Origin: an uncultured Gammaproteobacteria bacterium | Lineage (GTDB): Bacteria > Patescibacteriota > Microgenomatia > Levybacterales > GWA1-39-11 | Direction: 5' to 3' | Length of the DNA stretch: 60,183 nucleotides | Assembly: GCA_964360265.1 (NCBI GenBank) | Contig: CAYHUY010000002.1 | Location: 1 to 60,183 of the forward strand | Shown: one piece after another, positions 42,673 to 54,166 of the stretch | How the letters are laid out: the number at the start of each line of letters is the position of its first letter | How positions within the stretch are numbered: the first letter of the stretch is position 1 | Program-made: the position numbers and the translations under genes | The notes under the pieces: model-generated | Told to the model about the DNA's origin: nothing | The model's database searches: none | The model's input: only the letters and a program-made list of their open reading frames with translations

Positions 42673-44445
42673 TTGCCTACGATTAGCATACTGCCCATGA
42701 ACGGACAAGGAATAAATATTGCAAGCAACACTATTAATGCTGAGAGTGAAAAAAGCATTGCTTCAATTCTATTTACCGAAGGTAAAATTACTTCCGAACA
42801 ATATAATCAAATCAAGGCAAACTCCATTAACAGGAACCAATCGATAGATAAGGCTCTTTTTGAGTCAAAAACTGTAAGTGAAGAGACTTATTTTGAGGCG
42901 CGAGCGAAACTCATAGGTGTCCCATTTGTGTCCGTTTCAGCATTACCATTTTCACCTGAGGCTCTAAGTCTTATTCCAAAGAACGTCGCAGAAAGATTAA
43001 ATGTTATTCCGTTCACATTCAACAAAGTAAACAATAGCTTGTCGGTTGCCATGTCTGACCCGCTTGATCTTGAAACAATTAATTTTATTAAACGAAAGAC
43101 TAATGCCAATATTATTTCCTTTCAAGCGGTTCCGCAAGATATTAAGACTAATATTCAAAATCAATATACTTTTGGATTAGTGGGGGAAGTGAAGGAAGCG
43201 CTCAAGGAAACAGAACAGATAACGGGAGTCAAGACATTTGATAATCAAAGCTTATTTAAGGTCATTAAGGAGGCGCCGATTGCAAAGATTGTTTCAACAA
43301 TTCTTGAATATGCTATTAAAAGCAGGGCATCAGACGTTCATCTTGAACCTCAGGAAGACAGAGTTAGAGTGAGATATAGAATTGATGGAATTTTATACGA
43401 AAGGTTATCTTTACCTCAGGGAGTAAGGGAAGCCGTCATTTCAAGAATCAAAATTTTATCCGACATGAAGATAGACGAACACAGAATACCTCAGGACGGC
43501 CGATTTAATTTCAAATTTGGAGATGAACAGGTAGATTTACGTGTCAGTTCCTTACCGGTAGTGTATGGCGAAAAAATAGTAATGCGACTCTTGAAAAAAT
43601 CCGGAGGGGTACCCACGCTTGTCGAACTTGGTCTTCGGGGAACCGCGCTTATGAGTCTTGAAGCTGCGATCCTTCGCCCACATGGGGTAATCATTATCTG
43701 TGGACCTAAAGTATCCGGTAAAACTACAACCTTATATTAAATTCTTCCTAAACTGAATACGACTCGAGTCAACATTATGACACTTGAGGATCCAATAGAA
43801 TATCAAATATTGGGAGTGAACCAGGTACAAATAAACCCCGGTGTAGGTCTCACTTTTGCAACCGGGCTTAGGTCATTCTTAAGACAGGATCCAAATATTA
43901 TTCTCGTTGGCGAAATTCGCGATAAGGAAACCACAGAGCTCGCAATTCAAGCATCTCTTACTGGACACTTGGTATTCTCAACTCTTCACACATCGAATGC
44001 GGCGGGTACACTTCCAAGACTGCTTGATATGGGGGCTGAAACTTTCCTTATTGCTTCAACCGTAAATGCAATAGTTGGACAACGAATTGCGCGAAAAATA
44101 TGCACACACTGCAAAAAACAATATAAGCCGCCCCAGCAACTAGTCAAGGAATTAAAAACTACCCTTGGAACACTAATGACCACAAAAGATGAAGAAGTAA
44201 TGATCTATAAGGGGGAGGGCTGTGACTACTGCGGACATTCGGGATATTCCGGTCGTATTGGAATATTTGAAGTACTTCCAGTGTCTGAACTAATCGCAAA
44301 ACTAATATTTACAAAAGCGGATAGCGCGGAAATCGAGAAGCAGGCCCGTCAGGAAGGGATGATAACCATGAAACAAGATGGATATTTAAAGGTGCTTGAA
44401 GGAGTTTCATCGATCGACGAAATACTTCGCGTCGCGCAGGAGTAA
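42673..44445 (+). pseudogene. pilB: pilB/gspE-type pilus assembly ATPase interrupted by one in-frame TAA (43738..43740)
   Basis: ORFs 42673..43740 and 43777..44445 share a frame. Read through, the sequence is [33 protein letters not shown], continuous with the GspE core (Walker A then EDPIE). Confidence 0.8.
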
Positions 44446-44451
44446 AACTAT

Positions 44452-45519
44452 ATGAATATTCAAGAACTGTTTGAAAAGGCTATAGTAAGCAACGCATCAG
44501 ACATTCATCTTGTGGCAGGTATTCCCCCAACAATAAGAGTAGACGGTAAATTGGCACACCTTTCCATTTATCCACCTCTTTTAAATGAAGACATTGAAGC
44601 TATGATTTTTTCAATTATTACACCCGAGCAAAAAGAAATGCTCATTTCTAATCGGGCACTCGATCTATCCTATGGTTTTGGTGGAGGTAACTACGGAGAC
44701 AAAGGAAGATTTCGCATTAATCTTTATTTTCAAAGGAATACTATAGCTGGCGCTTTCAGGTTACTTCCGGCAAAAGTCAAAACTGTAGAGGAGCTAAAAC
44801 TTCCTCAAGTCTGTCATAATTTTGCTAAATTAAAACAGGGATTTATTCTAGTATGTGGCCCAACCGGACACGGAAAATCTACAACCATTGCCTCAATTAT
44901 TAACGAAGTAAATATGACTCAGGCGGCAAACATCATTACTATTGAGGATCCAATAGAATACGTCTATCCTGCGGGAAAAAGCATCATTTCGCAACGCGAA
45001 CTTGGTTCCGATACTCTTTCTTGGTCCGAAAGCTTAAAAAGCGCCCTACGTGAAGATCCTGATGTTATTATGATTGGAGAAATGAGAGATACAGATAGCA
45101 TTGCATCGGCAATCACTATGGCTGAAACCGGACATTTAGTTTTTTCTACTCTTCATACAAATTCCGCTGCGCAAACTATTGACCGAATCATAGACTCTTT
45201 TCCTGAAAAACAACAGAACCAGATAGGGGCTCAGCTTTCGGGGTCGCTCGCGGGAGTAATTTCTCAAAGACTAATTCCCAAAATAGATGGCGGCAGAATA
45301 GTCGCATGTGAAATAATGATTGCAAATAACGCAATAAAGTCCAACATCAGAGAAGGCAAAACGCACCTTATAGATTCCACCATTGAAACATCCCAGGACA
45401 TTGGAATGATACCTCTTGAAACATCCCTGTCAGTACTCGTTAAAGAAGGGGTTATCACGCTTGAAGTAGCTAAATCGTTTGTTATAAGACCAGAGTCTTT
45501 TGCCCAACTAGTTGGATAA
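44452..45519 (+). CDS. pilT: twitching-motility retraction ATPase PilT
   Basis: SDIHLVAGIPPTIRVDG, Walker A GPTGHGKST, ITIEDPIEY, and [18 protein letters not shown]. Confidence 0.85.
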   Translation: MNIQELFEKAIVSNASDIHLVAGIPPTIRVDGKLAHLSIYPPLLNEDIEAMIFSIITPEQKEMLISNRALDLSYGFGGGNYGDKGRFRINLYFQRNTIAGAFRLLPAKVKTVEELKLPQVCHNFAKLKQGFILVCGPTGHGKSTTIASIINEVNMTQAANIITIEDPIEYVYPAGKSIISQRELGSDTLSWSESLKSALREDPDVIMIGEMRDTDSIASAITMAETGHLVFSTLHTNSAAQTIDRIIDSFPEKQQNQIGAQLSGSLAGVISQRLIPKIDGGRIVACEIMIANNAIKSNIREGKTHLIDSTIETSQDIGMIPLETSLSVLVKEGVITLEVAKSFVIRPESFAQLVG

Positions 45520-45532
45520 AGCATGATTTTTT

Positions 45533-46735
45533 ATGGAATTCATATACACGGGAGTTGACAAAAACTCCACTAAACAAAAGGGCAAGCTTGAAGCAAATAG
45601 CGATAAGGAGGTCGTTGATTTTTTAAGGTCTAAAGATATCACGCCGCTCTCAATAAGAAAAGTGGGGCAAACAGAGAGTGTGTTTTCCCTTGGGTTTAAC
45701 AATATAAAAAGCCAGGATATAGCTTTATTTACGCGACAACTATCATCCATGGTCGCGACGGGACTGACATTAATTGAATCCCTAAACATTCTTAAACAAC
45801 AAAAAAATAAACCAAAAATGCAAAAGGTAATTAACGACCTTGTTTCCGCACTTTCAGAAGGGGCTCCCTTTTCAGAGGCACTTTCTCAACATAAACATGC
45901 TTTCTCTGATGTTTATATAGCGCTAATTCGTGCGGCCGAGAAGGGTGGACTACTTGATAAGATCCTTTCTCGTCTTGCTGATAATATTGAAAAGTCGGAG
46001 GATTTAAAAAAACGTATTAAATCAGCAATGCTTTACCCGGGCATTGTTGTAGTTGGAGTAATCGTTGTTATTATAGTAATGAATGTTTTAGTCATACCTC
46101 AACTTGGATCACTCTATGAGAATCTAAATGTTGAGCTACCTCTTTCGACAAGAATTGTTCTTGAAATATCAAAAATATTTACAATCTTCTATCCTTTATT
46201 AATTATTGGCGCCGTAGCCTTCTACATCGGGCTCCAAAGATTTAAAAGAACTGAGCGAGGAATTAAAACCATTGATAAAATAAAGCTTCAGTTGCCAGTT
46301 CTGGGCACAATCTTTACATTGTCAATACTTGATGAAATTACCCGTACCCTATCGCTTCTCATCTCGTCTGGCGCATCTATCATAGACAGTCTTACGATTA
46401 CATCAAATGTTGCAGGCAACTATTGGTACAGGAATGCGATTCTTTCTTCTAGCGCACTCGTTGAAAAAGGCGTACCTTTATCCGATGCGCTAATCTTCCA
46501 AAAAATTTTCCCTCCAATGGTAATTCAGATGGTAAGAGTTGGAGAATCAACGGGACGAATTGATGAAAGCTTGCTTAAAATTTCTGAGTATTTTGAACGG
46601 GATCTTGATATCAAAGTTAGGACTTTAACATCTGCCATAGAACCTATTTTAATTATATTTTTGGGAATTTCAGTTGCTTTTTTAATATTATCTGTTATTA
46701 CCCCAATATACAGCCTCATCTCCCAAATCCAATAG
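45533..46735 (+). CDS. pilC: type IV pilus platform protein PilC (GspF family)
   Basis: 400 aa with two GspF repeats (FTRQLSSMVATGLTL and ITRTLSLLISSGASI) and three TM regions. Confidence 0.85.
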   Translation: MEFIYTGVDKNSTKQKGKLEANSDKEVVDFLRSKDITPLSIRKVGQTESVFSLGFNNIKSQDIALFTRQLSSMVATGLTLIESLNILKQQKNKPKMQKVINDLVSALSEGAPFSEALSQHKHAFSDVYIALIRAAEKGGLLDKILSRLADNIEKSEDLKKRIKSAMLYPGIVVVGVIVVIIVMNVLVIPQLGSLYENLNVELPLSTRIVLEISKIFTIFYPLLIIGAVAFYIGLQRFKRTERGIKTIDKIKLQLPVLGTIFTLSILDEITRTLSLLISSGASIIDSLTITSNVAGNYWYRNAILSSSALVEKGVPLSDALIFQKIFPPMVIQMVRVGESTGRIDESLLKISEYFERDLDIKVRTLTSAIEPILIIFLGISVAFLILSVITPIYSLISQIQ

Positions 46736-46797
46736 CTATCCCACGCCCCAAACCGGGGTTGAATTACGCCTTCATTTTCTGCTAAAATAGATAATAG

Positions 46798-48756
<1,959 letters not shown>

Positions 48757-48820
48757 TAATATCAAAATGAATAACCACCAAAAACATCAATCAAAAGAAG
48801 ATCGGGGAGGTGAGTAATTG

Positions 48821-49375
48821 ATGAAAAATTTGACAGCAGGCCTGCCCGCCATGCAAGGCAAGGCGTTGCAGGCGGGTAAAAAAGCACCTGAGATTGTAAA
48901 TGTTTTTATTGAAATTCCGCAGGGAAGCTCTGTTAAGTATGAACTTGACAAAGAGAGCGGAGTAATCTTTGTGGATCGATTCCTGTATACGAAGATGGAA
49001 TTTCCTTTTAATTATGGGTTCATTCCTGGGACCTTATCAGGCGACGGAGACCCCGTGGATGTTATGGTCCTCTCAACAAAGCCAGTTGTACCAGGCGTTG
49101 TGATTCCATCAAGGCCGATAGGAATGATTGAGATGGAGGACGAATCCGGTATTGACAATAAGGTAATTGCTGTTCCTGCTGAAAAAATAAATCCACCGTT
49201 TGGCAAGTACAATGACATCCAGGATTTACCCCAAGAGATAAAAGAAAAAATTAAGCACTTTTTTGAAAACTACAAAAAGGGAGAACCGGGGAAATGGGTG
49301 AAAGTCAAGGAATGGAAAGGTAGAAATGAGGCAATTGAGGAAGTTAAAAAAGGAATCAGCAATTATAAACCGTAG
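48821..49375 (+). CDS. ppa: inorganic pyrophosphatase (family I)
   Basis: [20 protein letters not shown]...[21 protein letters not shown] strong GGAGGTGA lies 7 nt before the ATG at 48821. Confidence 0.9.
   Translation: MKNLTAGLPAMQGKALQAGKKAPEIVNVFIEIPQGSSVKYELDKESGVIFVDRFLYTKMEFPFNYGFIPGTLSGDGDPVDVMVLSTKPVVPGVVIPSRPIGMIEMEDESGIDNKVIAVPAEKINPPFGKYNDIQDLPQEIKEKIKHFFENYKKGEPGKWVKVKEWKGRNEAIEEVKKGISNYKP
48839..48877. repeat. 39-nt GC-rich palindromic insertion in the ppa N-terminal coding region
   Basis: GGCCTGCCCGCC-ATGCAAGGCAAGGCGTTGCA-GGCGGGT has nested stems CCCGCC/GGCGGG and TGCAA/TTGCA. It encodes 13 extra residues, [13 protein letters not shown]. Confidence 0.7.
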
Positions 49376-49386
49376 CCATATAAAAC

Positions 49387-51948
49387 ATGGATGAACAAAC
49401 ACCGCCTGACAATAATATAGGGCGTCTTGAGAACGTTGATATTTCAGTTGAAGCGAAGAAAGCGTATCTTGATTACGCAATGTCTGTTATTGTTTCGCGT
49501 GCTTTACCTGACGTTAGGGACGGATTAAAACCGGTGCATCGCCGAATTCTATTTGCGATGTATGAAATGGGTCTTTATCCTACCGCAAAATACGCAAAGT
49601 CGGCAAAAATAGTAGGAGAAACCATGGGTAAATATCACCCTCATGGAGATATGGCAATCTATGACACCTTGGTTCGCCTGGCTCAAGATTTTTCTATGCG
49701 TTATCCGCTTGTGGATGGACAGGGAAATTTTGGGTCAATGGATGGAGACAGCGCCGCTGCCATGCGTTATACAGAGGCAAAGCTTACCACGATGGCAATG
49801 GAAATGTTATTTGACATTGATAAAGGAACGGTCGAACTCCTATCAAATTTTGACAACACACTTAAGGAACCACAATATCTTCCTTCAAAACTCCCAAACC
49901 TTTTACTTATGGGCTCTGAAGGAATTGCGGTTGGAATGGCAACTAAAATTCCTCCCCACAATTTGGGTGAAGTGATTGATGCAATAATCCATACGATTGA
50001 CAAAATAAAACATAAGCCGAAAGATGGGTATAAGATTCGTCGCGATGGCGTTGAACTAACAGACGAAGAGATAAATTCTTTAAAACCCGCGTTCGAACTA
50101 ACCTCCGAAGTTTCAATTGATGAACTAATAGAGTATATAAAAGGCCCTGATTTTCCAACTGGAGGCGCGATTTACGACATTAATGAAATTAAAAATGTCT
50201 ATAGAACCGGCCGCGGAAAAATTTTAATTCGCGGGATTGCTGAAATTGAAGACATTGGCCTTGGTAAAAGCGCAATCATAATCCGCGAGGTTCCGTATCA
50301 AGTAAACAAGGCGGCTTTAGTTGCGAGGATCGCAGAACTTGCAAAAGATAAAAAATTGGAAGGGATAACGGATCTTCGGGACGAATCGGACCGCCACGGA
50401 ATAAGGGTTGTTGTTGAGTTAAAACGCGATTCTTCTCCAAGGAAAGTTTTGAACAATTTATTTAAGTTAACCTCTCTTCAAACAAGTTTTCCGGCAAATA
50501 TTGTAGCTTTAGTTGAAGGAATCCCAAGAACCTTAAACCTTAAATCAATTTTAGACGCATACATTGATCACAGGTTCACAGTTGTCACAAGAAGGTCAGA
50601 ATTTGAAATCAGACAGTCCCGCGCAAGACTTCATATTCTCGATGGATTACTCATTGCAGTTAACAATATCGATGAAGTGATTGACACAATTAAAAAATCA
50701 AAAGACGTTGATGACGCACGAGTCAACTTGATGAGCAAATTCAAGCTTTCAGAACTTCAGGCAACGGCAATTTTGGACATGCAGCTAAGGCGTCTTGCGG
50801 CTTTGGAACGGGAAAAACTTCAAGATGAGCGGGAAATGGTAAAAGAGACAATTGGTTACCTTACGTCTTTACTTTCGGATCCTAAAAAAATGCTAAAGGT
50901 TGTTGCGGATGAGCTTAAAAAAATCAAGGAAAAGTATGAAGATGCAAGACGTACGCGCGTTTATAAATCTAAAGTTGATGAATTCTCAGAAGAAGATCTC
51001 ATTCAAAACGAACCCACAGTAATAACGTTAACACAAACCGGGTATATCAAACGCCAAAGCATGGCGAGTTTCCGAACTCAAGCGAGAGGCGGGAAGGGAA
51101 TTATGGGCATGAGAACCAAAGAGGAAGACACTATAGATAAAATCTTATACGCGGAGACTCATGATTTTATTTTATTTTTCACTAATTTAGGAAAAGTTTA
51201 TCAAACACGGGTTTTTGAAATGGATGAGGCAAGCCGAATATCAAAGGGCTCTGCAATTGTCAATTTGATAGATATAACACAAGGAGAAAAGATACAGTCA
51301 ATTTTAACTTATAGTGGGAAAAAGAAAGAAAATCTTAAAAATATAGTCATGGCTACTGAAAAAGGAGTAATTAAAAAAACGGCCTTAACCGCATTTGCCA
51401 ATATTAGGCGGGGGGGGATTATCGCAATAAAGTTAGATCCAAGCGACTCATTACAGTGGGTAAATTTCTCATCTGGAGCTGATGATATTGTAATGATTAC
51501 GCAAAATGGCAAAATTATAAGCTTTCCGGAAATACAAGTCAGGCCTACGGGCCGATCAAGTCAAGGAGTAAGAGGAATAAGGCTCACGGGAGATGCAAAA
51601 GTTATCGGGATGGATGTAGTGTCGCGAAATGATAAAGAGGTAAAAATCTTTTTGGTTGCTGAGAACGGACTTGGTAAAAGAACGCGAATATCTGAGGTTA
51701 GAAACCAGAGGCGAGGCGGGCAGGGAGTTAGAATTGCTAACATAAATGCAAAGAGTGGCAAAATCGTATTTGCCGGGATACTGGAATCTGATGAAAACGA
51801 AGTAATTATTACGTCTCAAAAGGGACAAGTTGTAAAGATTCCACTTACTTCAACACCCCTTCTATCACGTAATGCACAAGGTGTAATTCTAATGCGTTTC
51901 TCCGATAAAAACGACAAGGTCGCAGCGGCTACCACAGTCTCCCCATAA
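49387..51948 (+). CDS. gyrA: DNA gyrase subunit A
   Basis: [27 protein letters not shown], the active-site AAMRYTE, and C-terminal beta-pinwheel repeats. Confidence 0.95.
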   Translation: MDEQTPPDNNIGRLENVDISVEAKKAYLDYAMSVIVSRALPDVRDGLKPVHRRILFAMYEMGLYPTAKYAKSAKIVGETMGKYHPHGDMAIYDTLVRLAQDFSMRYPLVDGQGNFGSMDGDSAAAMRYTEAKLTTMAMEMLFDIDKGTVELLSNFDNTLKEPQYLPSKLPNLLLMGSEGIAVGMATKIPPHNLGEVIDAIIHTIDKIKHKPKDGYKIRRDGVELTDEEINSLKPAFELTSEVSIDELIEYIKGPDFPTGGAIYDINEIKNVYRTGRGKILIRGIAEIEDIGLGKSAIIIREVPYQVNKAALVARIAELAKDKKLEGITDLRDESDRHGIRVVVELKRDSSPRKVLNNLFKLTSLQTSFPANIVALVEGIPRTLNLKSILDAYIDHRFTVVTRRSEFEIRQSRARLHILDGLLIAVNNIDEVIDTIKKSKDVDDARVNLMSKFKLSELQATAILDMQLRRLAALEREKLQDEREMVKETIGYLTSLLSDPKKMLKVVADELKKIKEKYEDARRTRVYKSKVDEFSEEDLIQNEPTVITLTQTGYIKRQSMASFRTQARGGKGIMGMRTKEEDTIDKILYAETHDFILFFTNLGKVYQTRVFEMDEASRISKGSAIVNLIDITQGEKIQSILTYSGKKKENLKNIVMATEKGVIKKTALTAFANIRRGGIIAIKLDPSDSLQWVNFSSGADDIVMITQNGKIISFPEIQVRPTGRSSQGVRGIRLTGDAKVIGMDVVSRNDKEVKIFLVAENGLGKRTRISEVRNQRRGGQGVRIANINAKSGKIVFAGILESDENEVIITSQKGQVVKIPLTSTPLLSRNAQGVILMRFSDKNDKVAAATTVSP

Positions 51949-52020
51949 AAACGCAAAACATAAAACCCAAAATTGGAGATTCCAACAATGACGACCTTAG
52001 TACCCAGGTGTAATCCTAAG

Positions 52021-52171
52021 ACACCTCGAAGGTGTTTGTCGAAGGCGCTTGTCGTTGACAGACACCTTCGACTGTTCCACGGGGTTAGTGCCATCGATAG
52101 CGTCGACGGTGTTCTTCTCCGAAGAGGAGGTGCGAAGCTAGACAACCCGGAGGGTTGATTAGGTTGGAACC
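52021..52171. repeat. mosaic of hairpin repeats ending in a REP-A copy
   Basis: ACACCT-cga-AGGTGT at 52021..52035. GTCGAAGG...CCTTCGAC spans 52038..52072. GCGAAGCTAGACAACCCGGAGGGTTGATTAGGTTGGAACC lies at 52132..52171. Confidence 0.65.
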
Positions 52172-52217
52172 TATTCTTCTTTGGAATAACTTGTTCAATT
52201 AGATATAATTGAAACCT

Positions 52218-53042
52218 ATGAGGATTGATGGGAGGAAGATTGCGCAAGAGATTCGCGACGAACTAAAAAGTGAGATCGAAGAGCTTTCAAAAAAGGGTAT
52301 TACCCCTAAGATTGGAATAATCACGCTTGGACCTGAAACTTCTTGGGAGATTTACGTTCGCCAAAAAATAAAAGTTGCAGCAGAGCTTGGCATAAAAGCA
52401 GTTTTGATTAACCTGGCAGACGCAAGCGAAGAACAATTAGCTCGAACAGTTCGCGAAATAGATTCTGACTCTAACTATCATGGCATTATTATTCAAAGAC
52501 CGATTCCTTCGAATTTTAATCGAGAAGTAGTAGTTAATTTGATTTCACCTGAAAAGGACGTGGATGGATTTAGGGATGATTCAAAATTTGAGATTCCAGT
52601 ATGGCTGGCAGTTAAAAGAATTCTTGACGAGATAATTCGAATTTCGAATTTCGAATTTCGAATTTCGAACCTAGTGGTGGTGGGGAAAGGCGAGACTGCC
52701 GGCGGCCCCATAATTCGTGGCCTAAGAAAAATGGGAATCGACCCTAAAATTATTGATACGCGAACAAACAATCGTGATCAAATTTTAAGAAATGCTGATA
52801 TTTTGATTTCCTGCGTAGGAAAGCAAAATATAGTTCGCGCTGACCAAATTAAAAAGGGCGTTATATTAATAGGTGTCGGAACTCACGGCGAAGATCTGGG
52901 GCTTCGAGGAGATTATAAGGTCGAGGAGATCGAAGATATAGCCGGAGCTTACACTCCAACCCCCGGCGGCGTAGGTCCGGTCAACCTTTCGTACTTATTC
53001 CAAAATCTAATTCAAGCAGCCTTTTCAGCGTCTAGTCGCTAG
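52218..53042 (+). CDS. folD: bifunctional methylene-THF dehydrogenase/methenyl-THF cyclohydrolase
   Basis: IDGRKIAQEIRDELK, ITLGPETS...YVRQK, PEKDVDGF, and YTPTPGGVGPVN. It contains an in-frame heptamer array. Confidence 0.85.
   Translation: MRIDGRKIAQEIRDELKSEIEELSKKGITPKIGIITLGPETSWEIYVRQKIKVAAELGIKAVLINLADASEEQLARTVREIDSDSNYHGIIIQRPIPSNFNREVVVNLISPEKDVDGFRDDSKFEIPVWLAVKRILDEIIRISNFEFRISNLVVVGKGETAGGPIIRGLRKMGIDPKIIDTRTNNRDQILRNADILISCVGKQNIVRADQIKKGVILIGVGTHGEDLGLRGDYKVEEIEDIAGAYTPTPGGVGPVNLSYLFQNLIQAAFSASSR
52634..52668. repeat. heptanucleotide tandem array inside folD
   Basis: AATTCGA followed by four copies of ATTTCGA. It encodes RISNFEFRISN just before the Rossmann-fold glycine loop. 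Confidence 0.85.
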
Positions 53043-53079
53043 CGTTCAGCGTCTAGATATTATAGAATGGAAACCTCCT

Positions 53080-54150
53080 ATGTTATACCGAATAGTTGTA
53101 ATATTGTTATTTATTTTATTCATCCTCTTTTTTACTCAACAAGCATTAAGAAATTTAACTAAAACTACGAATATACAAAATCTCGAACAAAAAAATACAA
53201 TAAAGAGTCCTAATCCATTGACAATAGAGTCAATGAGAGCGAGAAAATATGACGGAAGTGATTTGAAAATCGAGGAAGGGCTTGCGCCGGGATCAAATTA
53301 TAATAGATATATTGCTTCGTACCTATCCGACGGGCTAAAAATTTACGGTCTTTTAACTATTCCTAATGAGACACCGCCGGAAGGTGGATTTCCGGCTATC
53401 ATTTTTAATCACGGATATATCCCCCCCGAAGAATATAGGTCTGATGAGCGCTACGTTGCTTACATAGATGGGTTTGCCGGAAATGGTTATGTAGTTTTTA
53501 AACCTGATTATCGGGGCCATGGAAATTCAGAAGGCCGTCCTGAAGGAGCTTATTTTTCACCTGCGTACACAATAGATGTTCTTAATGCAGTTGCCTCAGT
53601 TAAAAGGCTAAAGGACTCCTCAGTTGTCAGTGGTCAGTTGTCAGTTGTGGACCCCGAGCGAATTGGCATGTGGGGACACTCGCTAGGAGGATCTATTGCC
53701 TTAAGATCAATGGTCATTAACCGAGACATTAAAGCAGGGGTTATTTGGGCGGGAGTTGTCGGAACTTATCAAGAAATATTTGATGAGTGGTGGAGTAAAA
53801 GAATCCGGCCAACATTTACACCCTCCGAGCGGGAAAGACAAGCGAATCGCCCCACAAGACAAAGCTTTATAGAAAAATTTGGTGAACCTTCTGATTCAAG
53901 CGAATTCTGGATATCTATTTCTCCAAATTTTTACTTGAACGATATTTCTGGACCGGTACAGTTACATCATGGAACAGATGACGAAACAGTTCCTTATGTT
54001 TTGTCAGAAAAACTTTACAATCGACTTAAGGCACTCGGGAAAGAAGTCGAATATTACACTTATGAAGGTGCCGATCATAATCTATCTTCTCCGGCGTTCA
54101 AGCTTGCCATCGAGCGATCGGTTGAATTCTTTGACAAACACCTTAGGTAG
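53080..54150 (+). CDS. membrane-anchored alpha/beta hydrolase, S9 prolyl-oligopeptidase/dienelactone-hydrolase type
   Basis: N-terminal TM segment, YRGHGNSEG, the nucleophile GHSLGGS, HHGTDDETVP, and GADHNL. Confidence 0.75.
   Translation: MLYRIVVILLFILFILFFTQQALRNLTKTTNIQNLEQKNTIKSPNPLTIESMRARKYDGSDLKIEEGLAPGSNYNRYIASYLSDGLKIYGLLTIPNETPPEGGFPAIIFNHGYIPPEEYRSDERYVAYIDGFAGNGYVVFKPDYRGHGNSEGRPEGAYFSPAYTIDVLNAVASVKRLKDSSVVSGQLSVVDPERIGMWGHSLGGSIALRSMVINRDIKAGVIWAGVVGTYQEIFDEWWSKRIRPTFTPSERERQANRPTRQSFIEKFGEPSDSSEFWISISPNFYLNDISGPVQLHHGTDDETVPYVLSEKLYNRLKALGKEVEYYTYEGADHNLSSPAFKLAIERSVEFFDKHLR
53621..53648. repeat. heptanucleotide tandem array inside the hydrolase gene
   Basis: CAGTTGT-CAGTGGT-CAGTTGT-CAGTTGT encodes SVVSGQLSVV. 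Confidence 0.8.
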
Positions 54151-54166
54151 ATGTAGAATCTTTCAA

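Noticed and set aside
42673-42758. Long divergent overlap between the holB and pilB ORFs as drawn in the track.
   Set aside because: Internal starts (holB ATG at 42653, pilB TTG at 42673 or ATG at 42697) remove the overlap. The upstream residues look like non-coding read-through.
43738-43740. TAA recoded as a sense codon (alternative genetic code).
   Set aside because: TAA cleanly ends many well-supported genes here, for example pilD, the pilins and rnc. TGA and TAG also act as stops. A genome-wide reassignment is not supported.
51816-52247. ORFs 51816..52247 (-) and 51973..52158 (+) in the gyrA-folD spacer.
   Set aside because: They are generated by GC-rich hairpin repeats. The plus-strand ORF ends with the REP-A-encoded KLDNPEG, exactly like the purD tail. 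There is no independent coding evidence.
53969-54166. The 66-codon N-terminal extension of the ATCase-like ORF.
   Set aside because: It overlaps the 3' end of the hydrolase gene in another frame. The family's conserved region starts after the ATG at 54167.
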